Below, one piece after another: positions 11,763 to 23,800 of a stretch of DNA of 64,000 nucleotides (positions are counted from its first letter, which is position 1; every line of letters starts with the position of its first letter). The position numbers and the translations under genes are program-made. The DNA is taken from contig OZ024740.1 in the NCBI GenBank assembly GCA_964016885.1, positions 312,914,001 through 312,978,000 of the forward strand, given 5' to 3'. Origin of the DNA: Eledone cirrhosa (taxonomy: Eukaryota). The notes under the pieces are model-generated. The model had not been told where the DNA came from. It did not search any database and saw nothing but the letters and a program-made list of their open reading frames with translations.

Positions 11763-14700
11763 CACATAGCTTAGTGGTTAGAGCATTGGCCTTGCAATCG
11801 GAAGGTTGTGAGTTCAATTCTCAGACAGGGTGATGTGTTGTTTCCTTGAGCAAGATACTTTATTTCACATTGCCCCAGTTTACTCAGCTGTAGAAATGAG
11901 ATGATAGGGACTGAGGTCCCTATCATTCCACTGCAAAGTGGTCGTGGAGGTGCCACGGAAAAAAAGCACCCAGCACTCACTGTAAATGAGGTTGGTGTTA
12001 GGAAGGGCATCCAGCTGTAGAAATCAAGCCAGAATCAGTTCCCGTCCCACCCTTGCAAGCAAGGAAAAGCGGACATAAAATGATGATGATGATGATGATA
12101 TATATATATTGGAGAATATTTCTAGAATATTACTCTCTGTACCTTTATACCTGTTTATCTTTATTCACTCTCCCTACCCACCTAAGAACCACACTACCTA
12201 TAACCCGGATTAACTGGGGACGAAATATAGTCTTTTTGCACATTTCATCGGGTTTTATCACTTTCAACCTCACATCACGTTTGGTAACACGCGATGATCC
12301 GACAGATGTGACGACATTGCCGGCTGCACGCTGGGCACCCGGGTGAATAAGCCTTCCTGGAGTGCTCGGAAAAATTAATTTCCATTTCTTTTGCTAGACG
12401 ATATCACTCGGAACGGCTGACACATGGTTAGGAAGGGCTGGCCAGGATCTGCAGTCGTCGCTGATTATTGACTGCTAAACAAGGGCTTAATCTTTACTCT
12501 ATATACTACCCTGAAAACTTATTGAGAATATCTATAATACACTTAAACTTTTTCATAAAAGACTCTTTCTGTAAATTCTTTAACTAAATCTCACAACCCA
12601 AACCTTAAACCTTATTTCTCTTATTTTTCTAATAACTCTAAACATAAGTTTAATGTTCCTAATTGCTAACCAAAATTTCTGTCCACACATTACACCATAC
12701 AGACGCCCACTATATATGCCTTTGTTAAAGATATATATGCTTTGGAAAAAACATTTTTCGTGGCAATTTCTAGCACGCACGGTCAGCCTGATTGTGGCAT
12801 GACCTTTTCTCTTTGACGGGGAGGTAGTAGTACATTATAAGCTTACGCCCCCTCACCAGATAGTCATAAGTAGACTTAATAATCAACACTCGAGGGCGAC
12901 TGACTGAGATAGAAGCTGCTAAATAGTCGGTCGTCCTCTTGTCTCTGATTTTATCTGTTATATTCCTTTGTTATATTTCGAATACCTGATTCGAATATAT
13001 TTCGAATACCTGATGATATCACCGGATTCATAGTATAATAAACCTTTCAAGGATTTACACCAGTCCAGCCTCCTGTTATTTTATAATAATTAACTCCGTA
13101 CTCACACCACCAACTACACAAACGAAGACGGGTGAGTTGCATTACGTTGAGTACTCTCCATAATATTACATCGAGATTGACCATACGGAATGACCAGTTC
13201 TATCCAGTGGTGAACCAACTAACCTAAATAAATATATATATATAATTAAAATGCGCGGGTGAAAAATGCACAGAAGTATATTTAAAAATTCTTTTTTCTT
13301 TAATCCAACAGAATGAATAATTTTATGATTGCTGCACTAAATATAAATATCAAAAATTGGATATTAAATATTAAAAAAAATGTTTTTTCGTGTTAGTTTT
13401 CTGTCAACTCACATATATTCGAACTACTCACAGAACATATGAAAAAACATTAAAGAAATATTTAATATCTAATATTTGATAAAATTGTTATACTAATTAA
13501 AACCTGTTATATTTAATGCAACAATTATAAAATTATTCATTCTGTTAGATTAAAGAAAAAATAATCTTTAAATATACTTCTATACATTTTCACCTTCACT
13601 TTCTAGTTATCACCTTTGTTCTGTATAGAACTTTACCCCATTTTTCAACAACAACAACACACACATACATACATACATCATCATTCATCATCATTTCATT
13701 TTACGTCCTCTTTTTCCCTGCTTGCAAGGGTGGGACGGGAACTGATTCTGGCTTGATTTCTACAGCTGGATGCCCTTCCTAACACCAACCTCATTTACAG
13801 TGAGTGCTGGGTGCTTTTTTGCCGTGGCACCTACACGACCACTTTGCTGTGGAATGATAGGGACCCCAGTCCCTATCATCTCATTTCTACAGCTGAGTAA
13901 ACTGGAGCAATGTGAAATAAAGTGTCTTGCTCAAGGAAACAACACATTACCCGGTCTGAGAATTGAACTCACAACCTTTCGATTGCAAGTCCAATGCTCT
14001 AACCACTAAGCCATGTGCCTCCATACATATATATATACATATATATATACATACATATATATATACATAAATATATATATATAATATAATATAAAATCAA
14101 AAGATGGTTAAAAGAGTTCCATGTATTTTATTATGCGCATTTCAAAAACAAATATCATCATGGGATGATATTTGCGTTTTCATCAGATAAAATAGGGAGA
14201 CATGATATGAAGCTTAAAAAACACTTGCGAGCAGTGAAGTGTCAAATTAACATAGGAAAAATAAAATTAGAGGGATATATGAGATTGGAAAAAAGGAAAG
14301 GAAAGGGGAAAGAAAAGGTAAGGAAGAGGGAGAAAAAATGTCTATTTTCCATGCTTGCATGGGTTATACAGCTGTCACATGCTGAGGCCAGACTGGTCAG
14401 GTGACTAAGTGTCCAGTTCATATGCTTTGTTTCAGTTTGGTTTTTATGGCTAGATGTCCTTCATAAAACACACACACACACAGACAGAGATAAGTAGGTG
14501 CATATTATTGACCAGACTCAAATATCAAAATAGATATGTTTGCTAAACTATTAAGAAATATTTATACAGAAAGACACCATACTGTGTTATTGAATATGAT
14601 CATTTGACACAAAATAGTTTGTTTCAACTTGACTCATATTTCATTTATCTATTGTCTGTTTATAAAAGGTTTGAATTTCAGGTGGTTGATTGAAGTAGTT

Positions 14701-14793
14701 AATTATATATCAATCAATAAATCAATCAATACTAGAGATCTAACAATCAATTGCAGCTCCAAGCAAATGTTAAATGTATGAGGAAGAAAAAAA

Positions 14794-14831
<38 letters not shown>

Positions 14832-17800
14832 CACATACATATATGTGTATACATTCTGCATAGTCACTTGACTTCCTAGAAACAACAACTAAATTTCCCC
14901 CAAATCACTGCTCCCACTGTCTGCAATATAAAAAGAACATATTGGAAAACGTAGTTTTTGATACCCCTAAACATATGGGATGATCATGGCTCAAATACTT
15001 TTGATCACAGGTTTGTTTATTTAAAGCTGACTTGGGGGCTTAAAGACAACAACAGCAAGAAGAACAACAGCAGCAGCAACAAGGACAATAACAATGATGA
15101 TAATAACAACAATAGCAGCATCAATGACAGCATCGGCAACAACAACAACAGTAACACCAATGACAACAACACAACAACAACAACAACACCACCAATGACA
15201 ACAACAACAACAGCAGTAACACTAGAATTATTACCTTCTTATTGTCATCTAGAACAGTATTCATATTTTCAATCCAAATGGCATCAACAGGTCCATCAAA
15301 CACCATCCACTTACGGTTTCTTGATGTACTGGAAGCATGTTCTCGGAAACTGTTTGCTAGAACTCCTAACAACATTAAAGTTATGAAACAATAAAGTTAT
15401 TAAATAAATAAACATTGTTGTCTCTGATTGAGACGAAGTGAGAGTATATTTGAATTCATAGAACAATGAGAAAACTCATCACTAGACTAGCTGTTAAACC
15501 AGCCAAATGGTGTCAATGATAGTGATGGTCAAAAATGCCTCAGAGGACAGAGACCAGTGGCCAGTGGTCAACAGAGAGACAATCCACAAGGTGGGTGACA
15601 AGCAGATGAAATATAGAAAAGATCGAGACATTGTCATCCTCCTCTCTCAATCTTTTTTATATTTCATCTGCCTATCAGAATATATCTATATTTCATATGC
15701 CGTATGTATTGTCTCTTTGCTGCTGGTCTCTGTCCTCAGAAACACTTTTGCCCATTGACAGTATTTGACTGTTTTCTGTTTTAGCGATGAGTTTTCTTAT
15801 TTTTCTATGAATTAAAGTTATTCATTAGTAAATCAGATTTGTGACTGCAAATACAAATTAAACAACAATAATTACATACGAGGACAATACTGTCTCGTGT
15901 TTAATGTGTGGCATTCTCTAATGCCTAGGGTCAGATTTATTAGGGGTGGGGGTAGCAGAGGGAGTGAATACCCTGAGCACCTCTTTTTAAACAGGGCCTC
16001 TACTAGAAACAACCATGGCTCACCCCAACATGAACTATCCAAGATCTCCCAAACCTGAACGGCTTGTCTAAACTTGAGTTATCTTGCCCCCCCCCCCATA
16101 CCAGAACTGCCTCAAGGTCAAAATATGGCTCTGCTAATGCCCCACACAGCTTGACACTGACCAACAATGTTTTATGTCTGATTTTTTTATGTCATGTTCA
16201 GAGCTAGTATATGAGTATATGACATTGGTGCTTGCTATTTTATGTAACATGACTACGTCATCTTAAGTAACAGATGGCTATGTTATCTTAAGTAACAGAT
16301 GGCTATGTCATCTTAAGTAACAGATGGCTATGTCATCTTAAGTAACAGATGGCTATGTTATCTTAAGTAACAGATGGCTATGTCATCTTAAGTAACAGAT
16401 GGCTATGTTATCTTAAGTAACAGATGGCTATGTTATCTTAAGTAACAGATGGCTATGTTATCTTAAGTAACAGATGGCTATGTCATCTTAAGTAACAGAT
16501 GGCTATGTCATCTTAAGTAACAGATGGCTATGTTATCTTAAGTAACAGATGGCTATGTTATCTTAAGTAACAGATGGCTATGTTATCTTAAGTAACAGAT
16601 GGTTATGTTATCTTAAGTAACAGATGGCTATGTTATCTTAAGTAACAGATGGCTATGTCATCTTAAGTAACAGATGGCTATGTCATCTTAAGTAACAGAT
16701 GGCTATGTTATCTTAAGTAACAGATGGCTATGTTATCTTAAGTAACAGATGGCTATGTTATCTTAAGTAACAGATGGCTATGTCTTCTTAAGTAACATTT
16801 CACTATGTCATCTTAAGTAACAGATGGCTATGTCTTAAGTAACATTTCACTATGTCATCCTACTTAACAGATGGCTATGTTATCTTATGTAACATCTCAC
16901 TATGTCTTTTTAAGTAACATATCACTATGTCTTAAGTAACACATCACTATGTCTTCTTAAGTAACACATCCCTATGTCTTCTTAAGTTACATCTCACTAT
17001 GTCTTCTTAAATAACATATCACTACGTCTTCTTATGTAACATGTTACAATGTTTCCAGATGTAGTGTTTGACAACATTGTCTGATGTTTGATGCATAAAA
17101 CTATCTCATTTATAATGCTTGATATAATGTGTGATAACATTGTTTGATGTTTGATATAGTTTGATGTTTGATATATAATGTGGCAAAAGACAATATTCAT
17201 GTTTGATATATTGTACAATATAGTCTGTTTAATGTAATGTATGACATACAATTTGTTAGCATTGTCTGAAACAATAATTGAGCTGATCCTCTCTTTTCCT
17301 GTTCAGAAAGCCATTTACAACTGTCTGATGTATCTAATAGGAGGCACATTGGCAGAATCGTTCAAATATCAAACAGAATGCTTTGCAGTATCTGTGGTGC
17401 CTCTGAGTTCAAATCCTGCTGAGGTCAATTTTGCCTTTTATTCATTCAAGGTTGATAAAAAGGTACAAACCTAATACTGGGGTCGATTCTTCCTCTATAT
17501 CTCTTTCTTACTACTATTCTCTCACTCTCTAACCTTCTCAGGAAGAAATCTGCTGTATTCAGATCTGGAGAGGAGATGGGCTCTGCCAGGTTTAAAAAAT
17601 GTCCTAGAAATGCTTATGACACTACAACGCTCCTACGACTCCCTCAAGAATTACATGTTAAAGAAGAGGAATGTACCTAATTAACCTTTTTGATGTCAAT
17701 CTACTTAAAAAATGCCCCTCCTTCTATAAAACAATAAAAATCTTGATGTCGGGAACTTTTGTTTAGTTATATTATAAGTACAATCTTACAATCTTAACAA

Positions 17801-20800
17801 TGAAATAATTCATAATTTTGGTAAAACACTCAAAATGTTTCATTAGAAATAAGGTAACAAAAGAGTAAATATTATTTAGTTTTGGTAGAGCATTGGACAA
17901 GATGCTTCACAATTTATAGTTATGTCCCTTTATGTTCAAATCCTGCTGAGGTTAGATTTGCCTTTCATCTTTACAGGATCACTAAAACGAAGTATCAGTA
18001 ACACACTGGGGTTGATTTAATCGACTTTCCCCTTTCCAGAATTATTGGCCTTGTGCCTAAATCAGAAACTATTATTTTGTTTACACAGTGATAGCTAACA
18101 TCTAGGTTTATCATATAGTATACAAAGGTAGGCTGAAAAGATCATAGGCTGACTATGAAGGAGTGATGCTAGAGCTGTGAAATCTAGCATGCATTAATTT
18201 CAACACTTCTTATTAATAACCGCATAGTTTCTTTCCTGGTACTATGTTGAAAACTAAACCTCATTTTGTCATTTCATGAGAGTATCCTCGTCAGACTATG
18301 AACTTTTCAGCTGACTCTCATATTATAACATCAAAAAACAAACATTGCTTATGTGTCAGCAATTTATTGAAGTTTACCATCAGTCCATTCATGAGAGATT
18401 GGATCACATGTACCATATAGCTGACCCATAGTTATGGCTTTCGGGTTAATAACTTGATACTCAACCTGCAATGACAAATAATATAAGATTCAATTATGTT
18501 TGGACATCATCAAAACCACCACCACCATCGCACACCCCACCATCACCACTACCACCATCAAAACTACCATCACCACCATCACCATCGTCATTATCATCAC
18601 CCCCATCACCCCTCATCATCATCACTACCACCACCACCAGTAAAAAAAATGAAACAATGCAGTATCTTACCTGGTTCTCGTCCATAAGGTTGTGTTGGGA
18701 AAGGTCTCCTAGTGTATCAGCCAATACTTTATAGGCACAAGTCTTGCCAGCTATAGGATCCCCTACAATCATTAAACCATGGCGTACCAATATCATATTG
18801 TATATCTGCCAAAGTTGAGAGTAAGAAAAGATAAAGATATCAGAATGGACGTTTGCAACTACAATGAAAATATATCATTGATGGTCTTCATTTTCTTCTT
18901 AATATAATTTCTAATAAATAAGACATTAAGGTTAGTAAATATGTAACGGTTAGGCCAGATAAGATTGGCTCAGGTTAACTGTTAAGATTAGGTCAGGTCA
19001 AATTAGATCAGGGCAAATCAAATGTTAAAATTAGGTTAGGTGAAGATTGGGTCAGATATAAAGATTAGATTTGATGTTAAGACCAGGGAAAATTTTAGAA
19101 TTGTATCAAATGTTATGATTGGGTCAGGTGTTGATTGGATTAAATATTAAGGTAGGATCGAATGTTGAAATCAGATCGAATGTTGAAATCAGATCAAATG
19201 TTGAGATGAGATCAAATGTTGAGATGAGATCGAATGTTGAGATGAGATCGAATGTTGAGATGAGATCGAATGTTGAGATGGGATCGAATGTTGAAATCAG
19301 ATCAAATGTTAAGATGTTATGATTGGGTGAATGTATTGATTGGGTCAAATGTTAAGATTGGTTCAAATATTGAGATTGGATCAAATTTTAAGATTGAAGG
19401 GTGCAGGATTTACAACTTGTCTGGTCCTAGCAAGGAAAGTGGACATTAAAATGAGGACAATGATGAGGAAGAGGATACCTTTTATTGAAGAAAGTGCTGC
19501 ATAATTAATAAAGTCCAAGGAAATGAGGAAACAAGATAAATATTTATGATTGGATTGAGAGTTAGTGGGTTTTGTAATGGACAGAAATGGACAGGTAGAG
19601 GTTGTCAATAGAGATAGATATTTAGGAAGATGATAGTGTTATATACTGTAGAAGTGACTTATATAATATATATATATGAGATCAACTCAGGGTATAATCA
19701 AGGTGATGGGGCCTGACTCTTTTTCAACATTTTGCCAGATATGCGAGCTTATATGTGCAATGACACATCTAAACCCAAACGAAATGGACCTTGTAACAGC
19801 ATTGAGTTCTTCGAATGGCATGTCACCTGTAACTGTTGTTACACACCTAACTAACACACATATATATATATATCATATTTGATTTATAAGTTTGTATGAT
19901 AAATATACTAAACATGTACTGAATTAAGGACTCCCTATATAGTATATAGAATCAATATAATAATTATTATTTACAGTGACTGTTTACTTCAAAATATTTC
20001 TAATATTATTGGCTTATCAAAAATAGATGTATGATACTACTGCTACTAGTGGAGGCACGTGGCCTAGTGGTAAGAGTGTTGGACTTACGATCATAATGTT
20101 GTGGGTTCAATTCCTGGGCGGCGTGTTGTGTTCTTGAGCAAAACACTTCATTTCATGTTGCTCCAGTTTACTCAGCTGAAAAGGAGTACCAGCAATAGCT
20201 GGTGGTTTAACCCTGCGATGGACTGGCGTCCTGTCCAGGGGGGAGTCTTGTACTCTCAGTCACTTCACGCCATTAACCGGGATAAGCACCGGCCAAATGA
20301 GCCTTCTGGCTTCAGACAGACTTTAGACTTTTTTTTTTTTTAGACTACTGCTACTACTACTATTACTAAATTCATTTACTTCTTTGTGGTGACATGATAA
20401 AATCTTTCCATCACACACAATCCAACATTAATTGCCTTAGATCTTCACCGGATAATTTTGTATGTTCCTCAATGACTCTCTTTAATGTCTTGAGAGATTT
20501 TCCGCATTTGTGTTTCACATTAGTGGGCTCCTATAATAGTGTTTTCTAGCAGGTTTTTTGCCTCTCATGACATGACCTGCAAGTTGAAGACACCTTACAT
20601 AGATGGTATGGTTAATGGGTGGGAGGTTGTTATAGAGAATTTGTTTGTTACACTGTCTAGAGGTTTGATGTTATTTATCTTTCTTAGCATTTGGGTGCAG
20701 CAACCATTTAAAGCTTTGGTGATATGTTTTGTCACCATAACCTTTTTCATAAGCTAATACTTCAAAGTAAATAGTTGGTATTATTAATATATCATCATCA

Positions 20801-23800
20801 TCATCATCACCGTTTTACGTCCGTTCTTCCACGCTAGCATGGGTTAGACGGGTTGTCCTGTTGTGGGCAGTGTCTGGTCGGCTGACCATGCCTTGCTCAT
20901 ACAGGAACTGATCTGGCTTGATTTCTACAGCTGGATGCCCTTCCTAACACCAACCTCATTTACAGTGAGTGCTGGGTGCTTTTTCGTGGCGCCTACACGT
21001 CCACTTTACAGTGTGGGCTGGGTGCTTTTTTGCCGTGGCACCTCCACGACCACCTTGCGGTGGGGGGTGTGGGGGCATATTGTTTATATGCTTCAGCATG
21101 TACCCATGGGAGGTCGGGTACCCTGTATTACTGCGTGGCGCCAGAAGTCACGGTCGTGTGTCATTGACTTTGAGAGGTGTAATTGGGTAAGTTCGGCTTT
21201 TATCACCTCATCCCAAGTCTTCTTGGGTCTCCCCACTCCGCGGTTTCCATCAACTTCTAGTGCTCTGCACCTTTTTATGCAGCTGTCATCCTTCATACGC
21301 ATCACATGTCCATACCAGCGTAACCGCCTCTCCTGCACGCAGCATTTGATTCCTCTTATGCTCAGTCTCTCTCTCAATTCCTTTATGCTTTGTCGTTCAC
21401 GTATATTACTGTTACAGTCCTACGCCATTTTGTTTCTGTTCAAAGGAGAGGCACAGAAACAAAGAAAGGAATCCCCAGTCACTGAAGAGGTCACAGAGTG
21501 TGTGACGAAAGGACTATGACTATATATAAACAACTATCTGGTTGTGGAACCAACCAACCAACCAGAAATTTATAAATTTATAAATTTGTAAATTTATAAA
21601 TATATAATAAATTGAAGTGAAAGCAACTGGTGCGTGTGTTTCTTATTGGCAACATGACCCTCCCAAAGTATAACAATATCGGTTTCAACACACGATTTCA
21701 GATAAAGAATCTTGCTAAACAAATTCAGAAATGATATATATATACATATATATATATTTAAGTAACAATTTCCACCCTCTCCATATATAATTATCAAAGC
21801 TAGATGAAATGAATAACTACCTGGATTATTTTTTCAATATACCAAGGTACAGGCTGCATGTTCAATATCTGTAGAGTCTTTTTTACTGCCATCTCTAAAT
21901 GGCTGTATTCTTTACTTTGAGGTAGTTTTAACCCTGGAAACAGGTCAGATATGATGCTTTCGAATAATGTGATGTCTTGAGAAAGGAACTACAACATAAG
22001 CAATTGATAAAAAAGACTTTAGAAGTTAACACATTCAACTAATTGTTCCTAGGTTATGGTTTTAATCTATCTGATAGATGTATATTATTTATTAATACTA
22101 GCAGAAGAACCGCCCAAAGGGTGGTTTTCTGCTAGCATATGTAGTGTGTATATTGATATACGCAAATATATATATGCACATAGATATAATACGTAAATTG
22201 ACAATATGCACATAAACTGAACAAAGACTGCGTTACACTTGCTTCTGTAATCACTAAAGTAATCCATGACACATTAAAAAAAAAGGCGATAATGGAGATG
22301 GAAAAGCGATGAAAGTGTTGACGGAAAATGTTCATGAATCTTCACTTGAGAATGTCGATGGGAAGCTTCAAGCAGTGAATTTGAAAATAGATGCTGCTGG
22401 TATGAATGAATGAATTACATTTACCAATATGAAGAGTTGACCTTCCCTATATTGTTGTTTTACTGTATTCACATATAGACGTCTTAAGTTTTTGTAGTGT
22501 CCTTTTTCTAGCAGTTAAAAAGTAATTGAAATGCATTTCAACTAAAAGAGAGTGATAGCTGTTTCACATCACTGTAGAATTTCTTTGTAGACACAGTTGT
22601 CAGCAAACAGACCCCTTTCATTTAATATTTTAATATTTTCTTTTTTTGTTAACTCGTGATAATGCAACATACATTTGACCATGTGAGAAGAATTGTGTTG
22701 GTAGATATACACCTATCTTTTCAAATGTCTGCCCATGTGCCTTGTTGCATGTAAGGGCAAAGGCTGGTTTGACAGGAAATTGCTTGCGAGTAAGGGTGAA
22801 AGGGAGCTCAAGCTCTTGAGATACATGTGGTATCCTTGGGATTAGCAACCTTGTTCCAGCATTGGGACCCATGCCATTTCAGCTTCAATTACATAATTAT
22901 GTAAACTGATGGTGATGTACCATTGCAATGCCTGTTTAGAGGATCCAGATTTCTTAGAAGCATGATGCAACTGCCTTTCTTCAGTTTAAGTATGTGTGTT
23001 GGGTAGCCTGATGGGGTAAGTTTGTTGATGAACTCAATTGGATATTGCAGTTCATTATCTACTGTATCAGAGCTTCTGTAGATTATTTCATGACCAGGGA
23101 ACTTGTTGACCATGAACTCATTCACCAATTTTGCTGCATCATTTGTTGGAGTGATAATGGCTCTATTTGCAAGCCATAGTGGGTTTATGTAGTTTCCTGG
23201 AAGATTTGTATACACAAAATCACACAGTCCAGACACATTACCATATTCCAGACAAAGTTCATTTGGCAGAAGAATTGTGAATGCACCTACAGTTGGAACA
23301 GTTGGAATGTTACCATCTCCCACATCAAGAAGGTAGTTTGCAAACTGTCTTTCCTCAGAATCCTCCGCATTAATTAACCGTTGAGTAGTTGTCATCTCCA
23401 TGGTTTCCACATAGTCCCAGAGATAGGATATCTTGATGGTTGTCTCAACTATTCGTGGTCTAGCACCATGACGTACAACTGGAAGAATTTGCTTCCAGTC
23501 ACCAGATAGTAATTGTTAGACCACCAAATGGCTTTTTGCAATCTCGAACATCTTTGAAGCTCCTGTCAAAGCATTCAAAGATATGTTTATGTCCCATACC
23601 TATCTCATCAGTGATTAGCAGGTCAGCTTGCTGCATAAGTTTACCTGTGTCATCCCTCTTTGTGAAGAAGGAAGTTGATTCAGCAGTCACATTGAGAGGA
23701 ATCTTGCACTTGGAATGAAGAGTTCTACATTTGTGAAGCAAAGTGGCTGCTATTCCAGATATGGCAGTGGAAAGTGCAATTTTTTTCTTTTTTAGATCGG

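Noticed and set aside
11759-11830. tRNA-like sequences with A and B boxes (also 20050, 51015)
   Set aside because: SINE heads; no complete cloverleaf and followed by SINE bodies
16257-16830. Regular 25-bp repeat superficially like a CRISPR array
   Set aside because: No unique spacers, no cas genes, eukaryotic intron
18268-18296. Minus-strand CTGACGA...GAAA
   Set aside because: No proper stem II or stem I; lies in a mariner MITE whose other copies lack the motif
20863-21519. 218-aa plus-strand ORF
   Set aside because: Read-through across a SINE, an antisense RTE fragment and a Penelope-like relic
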